Part shown: piece by piece, positions 14,692 to 28,490 of the stretch
Numbering within the stretch: position 1 is the first letter of the stretch
Layout of the letters: every line of letters begins with the position of its first letter
NCBI GenBank assembly: GCA_002633005.1
Contig: NMRA01000056.1
Location: 715,015-779,014 of the forward strand
DNA length: 64,000 bases
Direction: 5' to 3'
Origin: Phoronis australis
Lineage: Eukaryota > Animalia > Phoronida
Notes under the pieces: model-generated
Seen by the model: only the letters and a program-made list of their open reading frames with translations
What the model was told of the DNA's origin: nothing
Database searches by the model: none
Translations under genes and position numbers: made by a program

Positions 14692-15380
14692 TAGCCTGTT
14701 CACACCAAAGCGGTTATACCTTTGGTTTTGACTCTCGGTCGGAACATTTTAAGATAGGTCTTAAAAGTTGTAACTATACCATGGTTATAACCTTCTGTAA
14801 GGGTTGTGGTTTACCAAGATTCTATAAGTTTAAATTATCAGTGTCAACATGAAAGTTATAGCCCAGTAGGTGGCGCTGCTGTCAAAGCTCTTTCGAAACA
14901 ATGGCGTACTGAGGCACTGACAGGGGTGTAACGGAAGGCGACAGCACTGATGACTGTACGTGGCACTGCTATCAACTCTTGTTGAAAACAATGGTGCACC
15001 GAGTCACTCACTGGGATGAATCGAATAGTGATAGCCCGCCCCGACTAGCAGGCAAAAATTACAATCAAGGATTACAGCAGCTTAATTGTTGTGAATGAAA
15101 ACTGCAACAGTTACAACTATGGAACGAGTTACCACTGGTATTTGGTATAAAAACAGCTATGAAGCAGATCGTTGACTCAAATTGCCCCAAACAACCTGAC
15201 ATGGCAGGAGATACTTCATGTTACAAATACAGCGCAACGGAAGCTGAAAATATTAAAAGTACTATTTGTCAAGTTGTTCCCATTTCCAGTGCACAGTATA
15301 TCAATCCTTCACTTATTTTGTATAAAATCAATAGCCAAAATTACAATTTTTCCATAAATTGTTAACCTTGCTGCAAACAG
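14692..15380. mobile_element. Dispersed MITE family (cctgttcacaccaaag.ggttata ends)
   Basis: The terminus is the reverse complement of ttataacctctttggtgcaaacagggta (~19123-19150) and similar to ~3630-3660. Internal ccattgtttccaa..gagatttgacagca is shared with ~3430 and ~18870. Confidence 0.45.
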
Positions 15381-17397
15381 TGGAAACTTAATCGAAAGTG
15401 CTTTATGACATCTACACAGTATATACCAGTATACACCAGGAAAAAAATCAACTAAAAATTTTCTTTCATATTTTTTGTTTTCTCAAGAAATTCAAATGTT
15501 CAAGAATCAGCAAAATTCTGCACTTTAGTTGATGACTCACCACAACTGTCAACAGTGTGATTAACTACTGGCAACTCGCCAAAATGATTAACATGTGCAG
15601 ATGTTACAGCATTGAAAAATAAGTCACCTGCATGTTATGTCAAAGCTGACAACCCTCTTCCCACTTTAAACTGATATGAGGCAACTCCTCTTCTCAGAGG
15701 TGTGCAAACGTGCTTAGACGTTTGTTAACAGGTCAAATGCCTGTGCTCCACAAAAGTACGCTGAACTCTCATCCATTTCCGACAAAAATAACTGCCATAA
15801 CTACCCTTTCGTTGCTTTTCAAGGTCTTCTAAAGTTGTCGTAAATGTTCACATTTTTTCAAAATATTTTCTGCTGGTAGGTACGGCACTTTTTTTGAACA
15901 GGATAAAGAATTAAACGGATGCTCCAAATGCGTTATGAAGAAATGGAAAATAAAATTTCACTTGTCTGCCCTAATGAGTCCTAAATTTAGATTTTACTGG
16001 GTCACCTGTTCAACGTGGTCCAAGAAAGCCTCTATGAATCATTCAGACCTCAATGAACATTATTTCCAGTAGTTTGTTGAGGTTCTTTGCACTGCACAAA
16101 GCTAATCCTTCACCTATTTAGCATAAAAAGTAAAATTTTATTTCATTAAACTTTCCAAAGAAAGTTAACTAGATGAAAATTTTAGCCTGTAATTATGGTT
16201 TGCACTCAGTAGGTATAAAAAGACAACGTAAATGACCTTTGAAAACAGCAGAACGACCATTATCACAGTTTGTTTTTCTGAAATTAGTGAAGAATTGTGG
16301 TATTCTTGAAAAAGATGTCCAAGGCTAGCTTGGTGTTAGATCTATATAATCATTACATTTTAAACACTTATTGCTAAATAGAAAACATTGTAACACCACA
16401 AACAGAAATTAAACCTTGAGAATTTCCTAAATTTCAACGAATACATTTCCTCCGAAAACTTTCTAAGTGAGACATTGCGAGGAAGTTTACATTACCAAGA
16501 TTTAATTTGACGATAATGACGATATGAAATCCATTCCTTTTATGAGTGGAACCAACTTAAAAGATTTTTGAACCACTTAACCAACGACATCCTACCCAAC
16601 TTTCAGGCCTAGCATCAAAGGAAAATAGTCATTCAACAAAATGTTTAACCTACTTAGCAAATTTTAGTGGGCACGAAACAACTACTGTAGCAAACCTAAC
16701 TTCTATTGTCCCATAAGGTGGGTCAAAATCTCACCAACTTTCGACTAAAATAATTGGTAAAATTGCACTTTTTTATTTTTAAAGGGCTTCCAAACATCAT
16801 TGTGAATGCCTAAAGATTTTCAAGATATCGTCAGTTGGTAGCTATAGAACATAATTTGAATACGGCAAAGCATCATTTTGGAACTACATTTATGAAAAAT
16901 GACAAAATAAAATTTCACCTGTCCGCCATATTGCAACCTAAATTTCTGAGATTGGACTGCATAACTCATAACTAATAGCCATACGTTTTCCCATGGGTGT
17001 TTCTAATAGGATACCAGTTGACAGTGGCACAACGCTTTTTCAAGGTGACTTCACCAAACTGATAAGCAGGGGTTTAACCTAGTTTTCCATGAATACCATG
17101 GAGTAGGTCATGAACAATACATCTACCTGTTTGCATCATGTACCACAGACAAGTCCCACATGTCAAAGGGAATATTACCTTCTGTCTCATAAGATGACAA
17201 TACAAGGAGCCTGCAAGATGTGCATGGAGGCGTGACACAGGCATAGGATAATATCCACCAAGTTGGGAAAAGGTTTTTCATTAGAATTCCCATGTTAATC
17301 ATTTTTTCCATGGCTTTAAACCTTCTTCTGAATGCTGAAAATTTTTCAAAACATTATACAGTACTATAGAAATAAGTGTGAACTGAGCTTGAAAGTG

Positions 17398-17478
17398 ATG
17401 TCAGGTTATATGGACGAGAGAGCAATGTTTCGAGGATCATGACAACATTGCTCTGCCGAGGTCCATATGACCCGACAT
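17398..17478. repeat. ~80-bp imperfect hairpin
   Basis: atgtcaggttatatggac..gagcaatgtt / aacattgctc..gtccatatgacccgacat. Confidence 0.65.
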
Positions 17479-17788
17479 GTACGAGGAATCACGTTATATT
17501 TGTAACGCATGACGGTTGGTCCTTCTTTCCTCTGATTTTTGTCTCTCATTAGACTTTTACCTGCTTTCATGTACTATGGTAAAAATCCACTAAAATTCTT
17601 CAGTTGGGGACACAATATGGAGGACAGAAGAAATAAATTTTCAGGAAAATGGTTTGTATGGCGTAGCGATCACCAAACAGCATATGGTAAAATTTTGAGC
17701 ATTTGCAACAATGTGATAAGCCTTTAAAAATAGAAATATGACAATATTAGCAATCATTTTTGCCCCAAATTGAAGGATTTTTACCATG

Positions 17789-18004
17789 CAGGGCTTGGAA
17801 AGACCAATGACAAAAAAAGAAGAAAATTTTTTAGGCTTGTAAGAGATATTTTTTGTGTTGTGAAATTAAACTGACATGTTTTAGCATGAAAAAAGTCAAA
17901 ATAAATAAAAGGAAAGAAAAAAAGAGGAAACAGGAAATCAAAAAAGAGGAAATCGAAATCAAAAAGAGGAAACCCTCTTAAAAGTGTAAAATTCCCAAGT
18001 CCTG
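17789..18004. mobile_element. Older, shorter relative of the 60262 MITE
   Basis: cagggcttggaa ... ttcccaagtcctg ends; imperfect 6-bp TSD accatg/gccatt; repeated aagaggaaa in place of aagcggaaa. Confidence 0.55.
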
Positions 18005-19157
18005 GCCATTATAGATTAGAAGCAATGGAGATCATTGCACACACACTATTCACATTACACCAACTTTAACTGGTGTAATGTAAAAGCACTTTCTGAAGGA
18101 CCACTTCTTGTCAGGCCTTTCCTAGTAGCTAGTTAAATCTACCGAGTTAGGCATATATAGCTACCCCTAAAATGACTGGGCAGTTATGGATTGCTGGTAT
18201 CATCATGACAGGCCATTTCCTGCTGATTACAAGCCTATCCCTAATTGACTAATTATGCTATGGTCCAGTTGAGAATGACCCAATACCATGTTTACAATGA
18301 CCCACAAAGGTTGAACTTTGAAGTTTTCATGGGGGAAACTGGGTCGCAAGGTGGTCATGAGATCATTAGATTGGCATATCCATAGTTCACTTTTGTTTTT
18401 CTTTTTATTTATGATAAAACAGAGAATGACAAGCATTTATCATGGGCTGATGTGCACCCAAAAGTAAGATATCCACGTGACCTATACTGTTATTTACATG
18501 TCAAACAAAGCTGCAACAATAGTAGTTTCCCATAGGTGATAACCACGCCAGACGCTTACACCCAGCCCCGTCGCCTGTATGTCGCAAGTTAAACAATACC
18601 TTGCCAGCTCCCTACGACTGCACTTGGCGTGGGTTGTGTACAGACCAACTATAAACCTATGCTCAAGTTAAGTTCCACTGTTATCATTCACCAAATTTTA
18701 AAAATTGTGGACATTCACAACAATGTAAGAACCTTCAAAAATAAAAAGGGCAGTTTTATCAATTATTCTTGTATGAAATTGGTGAGATTTTACTGTGCTG
18801 TTCCCACCAGTTCTCTCGCTCGCGGGCAGTGCTGTCGCTTTCCAATTCACCCCAGTTAGTGCCTCTATGCACCATTGTTTCCAAAGAGATTTGACAGCAG
18901 TGCTACCTACTGAGGTATAACTTTTGCCACTGCTGTGTTCGTGAAAAAATGAAGACAACTAAATAAGAATACCAAATTTTGTTAGGAAATTTATTCACCT
19001 TTCAGAAAATATATACTTTGTAGGGGTTGCAGCTAACAGAATTTAAGATATTTGCATGTAAGTACAACCTGGTAAACAAAGTTCGCAGTTACCTTAAAAG
19101 TTAAAACTCAGTGGTTTTAAACTTATAACCTCTTTGGTGCAAACAGGGTATAAATGT

Positions 19158-21342
19158 CAGGGCTCGACATAACGAGCTGCAGGTCGCATTTGCGACCTGA
19201 AATTTGGAAATGCGAGCTGAGATTTTTGTCAGCTCGTATAAAGTCGCAAAATGCGACCTGGAATTTCCAACGAATGCGAGCTGAGTTTTTACACTTCTCA
19301 ACAGATACCTGGCAAATACAAAACAGCTCTTGTTAATCCGACCGTTATTTGGTTGTCAAATCCAAGTTCAAAAAAAAAAAAACTAACCGAGAACAGCCCT
19401 CCCGATGACTTGTAAGCAAGTCGCGTGAACATGCGATATGCAGAATCGATCTTTAACGCGTTTCATTGGCTAACACTTTCGGCCACTTTTGTAAATTCCC
19501 GGATTCGCCGAAGAAAGTTTCGGGCCACTGCTTACACGTGATAAAACTTCACAAAACAACGGTGTTTCTATTAATTCTTAAGCGATCAACTTACCAAACT
19601 TTGTGGTGGACAAAAATGCTTATTTTTCACATAAGATGTCCTTATTACATGTACCAAATATCCACGACAATATCCCTGATATCGCACTGCGGCACCGTTA
19701 GCGCGCAAGAGGTCCCGGCAGACAATTGTGACTTAGACTGAGATGTGCTTCTCCTTTTATCGTATTAAGACAGCCAAAGTGAAAATGACAACCTTATTAA
19801 TCGCCAAACGACGGTCACGTCTTTACTTTCAATTGCCAAGAAATTCTCAAACCCTTTACTTGTTTCTGGGGCTACGTGCGCGAAATATGATTTGTCTTTC
19901 ACACGTTGTTGCCAACGTAAAGTGTAGGCCTACTCCAGCGATTCAAGTGCGTGAACTCACGCGTGCGCACCACTTCAAAGAACAGCGACAGTCCTAAATG
20001 AAAGAGTATACCGGCTTGGCTCTGGTTTATTTGAAAATGAACTCAGATTCCCAGCGGTTATAAAAGACCCGATGTCCCGGGACCGATATAACCCAGAACT
20101 AACGTTATTCTGTTCCGATGTTTCCCGAGGTCGATGTTCTGTAAACCCTGTATTCTATGCCCGTAGCCAGCTATTGCAACTAAACTGGCACTAGATGCGA
20201 AATTGTGGTTCAAGTTAGCGAACTTTTCATTCTTCTCTTTATACACCCCCCGGCAACTTTTCGCTCCCCGAACCACCTTCGCCGTAAAATGTTCAGACTC
20301 CTATAGAAACAACCTTGTTCCGGCTGAAGCGGGCAGTTAAAAAAATCATTCCGGGTGGCTAAAAAGGGTACAATGTAGTTGGTAACGATATCCAGAAAGT
20401 CACCCCTACCAGATGGAGTTTGCCTCGCAAAATCGTATTATTATAACGTTTTTTACCATTGCAGCGTTTTAATATTTTATTACCGCAAACACTGAGGTTA
20501 ACGACTATGCTCACGCACAAGCCTACTCCCTACCTTTAAAGTGTTTCATAATAAGCGCTCACTGATCTATTAAAAGTCCCCCCTGAAATTTTGAGAATTT
20601 CTAATTAAGCGCCCACAGTTCAAGCTAGCGCCCATCATTGCGCACTACAAACGACCGCGTGTGGTTTAAAATTGACACGCAGCTTATATGGTGTGTGTCA
20701 CTTTCATTTTACACAACTTCAGTTTTCAAAAACGTCTTTTCACAATATGTAAAAACCAAATCCCGGCTTTGTTTTATACCTCGGAAAGAAAGTTAACACT
20801 AGTGACATGCGTGTCGTTTTGCAGCTGACCTACTTTTTCCCGTACTTGGAAGGTATTGAAGAGCAATATCGCGATTTCCCGAGTTAGTTCGAATCGTTAA
20901 CGACTTTGATGACGGCCAGTAGCACACCAGATCTAACAAAATCCCGGATACTTTTTCAACGGGCATTTTCTCCCTTTTCACATCGCAAATTTAGCTACTC
21001 GAATGCACAAGTCAGTTAGAGAGCACCGATTCAACTTTCACGCCGGCAACTTGCCTTGCGCTCTAGAGACTTTCAATGGCGGTCGTGAAGAACAGTAAGG
21101 CCGTACCTGCATGAATGAAGTCAATTTTGAGATCCGAAATTTGTGAGTGTTTAACACTGCAGGTAAGAGCATAATCTAAACATTTTCTCGATGATCTAAA
21201 AAATCTATTTTGGCGCGTAAAAATAGCGGGAAAATTTTGCGACCTGGCATTTACGAATGCGAGCTGGATTTTGAAAATGCGACCTGGGATTTTGGCTAGG
21301 TCGCAAAATGCGACCTGGCAATTTTAATAGCGTCGAGCCCTG
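19158..21342. mobile_element. hAT-like (hAT5-type) non-autonomous element, 2.19 kb, 5-bp TSD
   Basis: TIR cagggctcgac / gtcgagccctg; AATGT on both flanks; subterminal gtcgca...tgcgacc repeats at both ends. Confidence 0.8.
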
Positions 21343-21999
21343 AATGTGGTATGCTGTCACTATGGCAGATATCTCGACTTATACTACCGTACTTTCATGT
21401 TTATGTATAGCGCAAAATGTGTACCCGGTAATTTCAAAAAACGCGAAATTGCTAACATTGGCAACTAACTCTAAGACACGATCACTTCCTCCTTGGTAAA
21501 CAAACACATGGTAAACAGCTTCCAGTCAGACATTACCTAATGCTCAGGTCACAACAGTCATAAAATGGATGTAATACCCAGAGTGCATGCGCAGCTCAAA
21601 TCTTTACAAAACTGTATCTTACCAGCCATTCTCATTTCTAGACATTAAATTAATTAATTACGCAAACCCCCTATCCCTCTAGAGTACAAGAGGTGACCGA
21701 GAACTCACTATCTTAAAGAACAACAATACGATAAAAGTGTTATGGTTGAGACTATCCTTCACATGGGGTGAGATCATTCAAGGTTCAACTATTGGGCATT
21801 ACAAGAAATTTGATTGAACGAATCATCAAAATTAAATACACCAGAAAAGTACTATCAGTCAAGATATCCAAAACACACCCGTCCCCTCGACCCCCTCCCT
21901 CGTTGATCTGAAACACAGGGATAGTTATGGTAAAAATCCACAGTAAAACCACAAGACCACAGTTGTGTACTGTGGTAATCAGTATCAAAAGCAATGGCA

Positions 22000-22490
22000 T
22001 AATATGACCACAAAGGCGGGGAATTTACATATTAAAATAACTTTTACCTGGTCAAAAGGCAACGCAGTTGTATGAGACACGCTTGGTATAACAAACAAAA
22101 ACATAAATGAAAAAATGAAAATTGATGAAAAAATACTGTATGAGCTTGCCAACTAAGGGTATGGAGAGACTTAGATAAACCCTAAGTTTGGAACCCAATG
22201 ATCTAAGGGTGTACAAAGACTGGAAATATACAATAAATTCTTACTGGACAAAAGAGGCAATACAGTATCCTGAAACACACTGGGCATCAGAGACAAAATT
22301 AAACAAAAAATAACGGAACACACTTCCACCAATTAGCCAAACCAGACCCTTAATTAACAGAGAGATCAGGCAAACGCAAAGTTCACATTATGGATGGCAA
22401 TGGTCTAAAGGTATATACAAAGGCCGAGAAATGACAATGACTTTTTCCTGGTGAAAAGTTTAATGCACTGTTCTGAAACATGAAGTGCAA
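22000..22490. repeat. Ancient degenerate ~200-bp tandem repeat, ~2.5 copies
   Basis: ctttta/tcctgg..aaaag recurs near 22040, 22240 and 22440; caatg.tcta..ggt.tacaaag near 22197 and 22398. Confidence 0.5.
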
Positions 22491-24008
22491 GTCAAAAGTA
22501 TTCAGACAAACTGACCCGGAACGGGGTGGGAGTTGAATTCATCCTCACAGGTCTTCCCTATTGACAGACAATGAATGTAAACTAACAAGAAAGTTAGTAC
22601 CGTAAGGTGAGCAAATCTGCAAATTTTTGTTATTACCAGCCATTTTTCCTGTTAACAGAATTATATTCCATCATGACAGAAAAACAGTATTTTGTCCAAT
22701 CACTTATGTCAGTTACTCTACTGGAGTTAACAAGAATTCACGCGTACGAAATTTGCTAAATCAAAACTTAAAAGAAGAGAGGGCGACCCAACTTCAACAC
22801 AAAGTCTGGAGTACAACAGTGTGTACCATTACTTGAAACCCTTACAGTTAAATTAAGCTTCTCCTTCCTGCAATATATTTCACTATATGCCTTTCACAAA
22901 AGAAGGTTGGAAATCCTAAGTTACAAGCTTGGTGTATGAACAGAAACTATCATAAAGCATTCGCTTGACTTAAACTTTCCAAGCGATCCATTTCATGGAT
23001 GTTCATGACTTCATTTTCTTGATTCTAGTTAGAAAGAAAACAGAAAGTATCTGAAAGAATATCCCCAAATAATGACGCAACACCTGACATTATTGACAGT
23101 AACACCTGCTAACTCTTATGGCACTGAAGCTAACTGTATTCGCACCGTATCAATACACACGTTTATGGCAAGCTCACTTGCATTCCTAACTTCGTTCTTA
23201 AAGTTAAAAAAGTCGAATTTTAAAAGTTCTCTGCATATGTCAGTCACATGACCCCTTCAACTAGCAATTTTCAAGGTCAAGCAAAGATATAATTAGATGC
23301 GTTCACCCAAACACACTAATAAGACCTAAGAATTACTTTTCTTGGTTGAAACAATTTTAACAATTGATCAGATTGTTTGCCAGTCACAAAACGAATTGAC
23401 CTGTCCTTTTATAATCCGTGTAAACATTAAGAGAACACAAGTCAAACATGCTTTTTCTTAGTTGCTAGTCAACAGGTCTAGATATCAGATTCAAACATTG
23501 TTTTGATGTTCATTTAGATACTCCACAGCAAATCATAAAACCCCAACAATTGCATACCCTACCTAAGTTGAAAGTTTTATTTTATACAACTCTAATGAGT
23601 TCTTTTGACATTCATTATGACAGCTTGCAAGATATTGATTGGCCATTGATTTTACAACATTTGTTACATAATAACCAGTCCTAAGAATTGGTGGCAATTC
23701 CAAGAATCAGTAACAGCATAAGCAATGCCTTCAGGCTACAAATATGGCGTTGTTTCCGTAAGGCAAGAATCTCGCGAAAACGCAAGAACACATGAAAACA
23801 CAAGCTTCTATAGCAAGAATTTTGCAGTTACCAAACTCTAACCTGGTACAGACTCATAAATTATGCCCTCACTTAATCGTTCCGACATATGTCCCTCAGG
23901 CTATGAAAACGTTCATTACATCGAACAAGCAACAAAAATAAGAAGGCATATGAATTTATTTTTAATCATTGAGTCTAGAGATACATTTTAAAATTATGCA
24001 CTCATTTG

Positions 24009-24228
24009 CATGCGCGCCCCTGCCTAAAAAAGGAGGCGGCTCGAATATTTGAGAATGTGGACCTTTTACTAAGTGACACAGTGAACGATAAGAACTATCG
24101 AATGTGCATTCGCCAAATTGTGGTAGTTCCTGCTTTTTAGTGGACTTTCGTCTCCTTTTCTACTTCTTTCGGAGTTATTATTTCTCTGAGGCGGACATTT
24201 TTGCTCACCCCCCCTGGATGTGCGCATG
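24009..24228. mobile_element. Short CATGCGCG-ended MITE, 5-bp TSD
   Basis: catgcgcgc ... gtgcgcatg ends flanked by ATTTG. Relatives at 26691-26911 and near 13690-13805. Confidence 0.7.
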
Positions 24229-26690
24229 ATTTGTGTCCATGCCTTGAAACTTTGCTATTCCAAATAGTCACAAACTGGCTATCATGAGACATTTGGAATC
24301 CAAAATCAGATTTTTCAAGCAGAGCAAGATTCAACTGAAACATACACTGCAGTTCTAAATAGCTGACTATCGTATGAAAGGGTTAATGTCAGTACTAATT
24401 TACAACAAAAGTTCTCTACAAGTCCACTCCTCAAAAGAAAACAAAAACGGCCAGTATTCAAGAAATCTCCAAGAATGATATGCTACTGAATGGGAAAAGT
24501 AATAGCTTGCATGACCAAAACAAGATGGCGAGCAGATTTACTAGTGGAGCATCATTTCTTTCCCTTCTAGGGCAGGTTTCACAAACCAGAGGGGATGAGT
24601 AAACAACTTAAAATGGCGATTCAAAAACCCTGTTATTTACATATATAGTCACAAATTGTCTGATACGATGCACTGCTGAGTCTGTTTAAGGTTTAAGTCA
24701 TACTAGTATCGCTAATCAGGTAGGGTGATCATATCTACTTCCTTATTCCAGTCAGCTTCAACACAAAACACAACACTAGCCTGCTAACTGCCATATTGGA
24801 AGTGGTAAACAAGAGAAATCCCTGTTGTCTCCAGTATGCACAAATTTTCTGATGGAACCTTCCCCACATTAGCTGTGATCCCAATTTTCTTTCGCGATCA
24901 CAGATACAGACCAAAGTTACAGTTCATAATAGCCTTCATGCTTCGAGTCACAGACTAGGCTCTTGAAAAACACCAGTATCCCATATTCACCAGGTTTACG
25001 CAATACAAGAACGATGACATCATGTGGTCACAAGTTATAGGTTGAAGTGAAGGATCATAGTCTAATATCGGTTTGAAACAAAACCACTGGGTTGCAAGGG
25101 TCCCACATTATAATTACTCGGTCGTAATACTGTATTTACTACTCGCTGTCGTTGCTTGGAGTTGGGTTCGCAGGTTAGCGCAACAACAACTATTCGGGCG
25201 GCCGACAAAACGACATGGCGAATTCCCTAGGTACTCAAATCGGATAAACATATTTAATTAAATCGACTTTGTAAAGTCTCACAAACTTAATGAGGAAGTA
25301 TCATGAGCGACACGGTACACTTTTAGCTCTAACTTACCGAATATCACACCATCTGTAACACAACTTGAGGAAAAACTACTTTAAATTAGGTTTAAAGAAC
25401 TTCCCTGAGCTTGCTTGGAAACTTCACTCATGTCTTAATTATTTTTTTGTATGCAGCTTTGACCTGAAGATAAAAATCCACAAAAACGTGTGAAACCAAA
25501 ATTAGATATTTTTGTGCTAAATTAAAGTTAAATTCATAAAATCATATGACAAAATGTGGTAATAGTTATTACCAAAATCCATTTTAAAAAAATTAATGGT
25601 GCAGAAATTCATGTATTTTGTAAGCACCCAAAATCCACCCACATCAACTTATGACGTAGGGGGTTTTCCGAGAACTCAATAGGGAAACTAGGTCACTCTT
25701 GGAAACAACATTGGTGGGCAGTTACTTAGTACGTGTTACGAAATGTTTGATAACAAAAGATGCAGCGCTTTTTTCACACTGATTCGAGAGATAGAACATT
25801 TCTATGCAGGAGGCGCTGTGACAAAGGGTTAAGACAGATAAATTAGGAACCAGTAGGCGAAGACTGGTTCTTAGAAGTAAAATAGATAATTCCCCTGGTA
25901 AGGAAAACCCGGTTCGGTGCAGTCAACCTCAAGCCTAGTAGCAGATATTTAGTTAATTAAGTCGTTTTACTGTTTATTTTATTGTTTGTTTCGCATCCAC
26001 CTTGTACGTTTTACCGTGTTCCTGAAGATGGGAAATGTGCTCTCGAATTATAGCTGCTATTTTAACTTGTTTGTTTGTAATGTCCATTGACAATTTGATC
26101 ACTAGTATACGTTGAAACTGTATCATTAAATACAAATCTTAGAACACGGAAGTGTACCATTTACTCCTTTGCACACCGTAAGTAAGCAAGAGGACATCGG
26201 AGCCCCCGCGTAAGTAAATACGTGCCGGGACCAGTGCACTAAGATTCGGTGGAGGGTACCCGGGGTGCACGTTTTTACCCGCACGTACATTCTCGACTCA
26301 TTAAGCTGACGGACTTAACTGGCAGATGATAAATCTCATCCCAAGCCAGTGTTACGATACGACGAGCCAAGCGGTCTCAGTTCGGGCGCAGACAGAGCCG
26401 CAAGCAGAGTTAGTCGAGTCAAATCTACCTAAGATTGACAGGTGCTGAGCATGATGGACCATGAACAAAATAAAAAAATCGACCTCTTAATTCTACTTAA
26501 AACCGGCCGGGCTGTTTATTACCACACAACACGAACATGACCAACGAGCTCGGCTGCCGTGTGATTTTTCCGTGAGTAAAAAAGGAACAGCTTGGCCTAC
26601 TCAGCATTTATGCCCAAGAGAACGCCAGTTTTGCCTTACGTAATTGCACCGTTCTTGGCCAATGCTGCTCGGTATCGTCCTACGTGACTT

Positions 26691-26911
26691 CATGCGCGCA
26701 TCCAGGGGAGCTCAGGGGTTTCGAAGTGGGCAAAAGGGTCCGTCTTCGCGAGACAAAAAGTCCGATAAAATGAGGCATAAGTTCATTGAACATGCGCAAA
26801 TGCGTAATTCACAGTGGTGCTCCTTTTTTTGTAGTCCGCCCACTTTTTTGTTACCAAGAGGTCCAAAGTCAGGAATTCAAGCCCCCATATTGAAGGCTGG
26901 GTACGCGCATG
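26691..26911. mobile_element. CATGCGCG-ended MITE, near-perfect 5-bp TSD
   Basis: catgcgcgcatcc / ggtacgcgcatg ends; flanks gactt / gactc. Confidence 0.65.
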
Positions 26912-27813
26912 GACTCCGACAATGTCGATCATTGTTTGTCCCAGTTCAGTCTCTTAAAATTCCTATTAAATAAAGCCGACGGTAAAGGAATTATTAAAAA
27001 GATACCAAACCCGGTTTTGCCCTATTACCAGATATTAAAAATGACGTTCCCAACCAATTGTCTAAAAAAAATGTTTTGCAACCCTCGACAACCCTCAAAG
27101 GTAGTTTGGAGGAAATTTTGAAGACTCGATTACAAAGTCTGCTAAACGGACAAGCATAACCTATGCGCTTTTAACGAATTACGAGGAGAGGCCAAGTACT
27201 GACGCCGCAAAAAGTGGCATGGCGTTTTTTGTCTCGTACACCAGCGCTGCAGATGCTTTCACGCTGATGACAATGAGATAGGCCTGCGCGGCCGCATCTT
27301 TCAGCTTCAATGACCATTGACAGCGCCACGCATCTACATGTTTTGTCTCTTTTAGAGAAAAACAAACATACAATTCATTGAAACAATGAAGAAAACCCTT
27401 TAAGCGGTCGACAAACAGGACCGACGACCTAACAATCAGCACAATGCATTCCACAAGTTGCGACCTGAGCTTGCCAGATGGTTAACATCCAAATAAAACC
27501 TATTTTTTATGCATACATCGAAAAAAACATGGACTCTTATCCGGGCACAAACAACTCTTCAAAGCTACGTGTGCTTGCATTGTAACAATAATTTCAATCG
27601 GTGTTCCCAATAATGTCGTGGTTGTAAGACAACCTATTTTTGTAAAATAGTTGATTTTGTCAATTAAATATCAATAGTAGACGTATAACAGTATAATTTT
27701 AAAACCTTATGACCCCACAGAATGTTACTGCGTGTACAACCAGGAAGACCGAGGTCATTTCCACGAACATTTTTTCGCATGCAACTTGCAAATTCAATTT
27801 TTTTATTCTATTA

Positions 27814-27948
27814 CATGGGCGGCGCAGCACTGAAAAAAGTGGGAGGCTAAAGCCCCCATGTGGTGCACCGCCTATTGACCACGTGCGGCGTAGTACTGAA
27901 AAAAGTGGAGGCTAATGCCCTTCAGCCCCCTATGGTGCGCCGCCCATG
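27814..27948. mobile_element. Dimeric GC-rich mini-MITE, 5-bp TSD
   Basis: TIR catgggcggcgca / tgcgccgcccatg; TATTA on both flanks; two internal copies of gcggcg(c/t)ag(c/t)actgaaaaaagtgg. Second copy at ~63877-64000. Confidence 0.75.
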
Positions 27949-28333
27949 TATTAGCTACAAAGGCACGCCTGTGTGCTTCTTTCAAGGCTTTTTAACCCGA
28001 GAACTTCACCTACAAAAATGATTACCTTCAGCTTCCCTAAAAAAAACGAGTTCGTGATTTTTGAAATCCGAGATCTCGGAAAAGCCTTAAAAATCAAGGT
28101 TTTGTAGCGGCTGAGAATACGAAGAATTTGCAAGTTTCGTAGGGAAAAATAGCGGAAAATACATCAATCTCCATGAAAAATTACGAATTTTGAAAAAAAA
28201 AATCATGTGATTGGGAACACCTGGGCACTACTTTCGGGCACATAAAAAGATTCTGCGATCACCAAGCCTTTTGAAAATATATTATTTTATGGGTCTTAGT
28301 TTAGAAGTAGCATCCTCGGTAAGGAAGATTGTC

Positions 28334-28490
28334 CAGGGGCGGATCCAGGATTTTTTAAGTTGGGGGGCAGGACAGAGTAATAGCCAGAATTTTGTATGTC
28401 AGACATTCGCACCCCGGAACTACCAAATGGAATCTGGGAGAAATTTAGGGGGGTCATAGCCCCCTTGCCTCACCCCTAAATCCGCCAATG
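28334..28490. mobile_element. CAGGGGCGGATCC-type short MITE
   Basis: caggggcggatcc ... aaatccgccaatg imperfect TIR; no clear TSD. Confidence 0.5.

Noticed and set aside
26015-26050. CTGAAGA...CGAA hammerhead-like motif
   Set aside because: Stem II pairs poorly, the GAAA core is broken, and there is no adjacent Penelope ORF.
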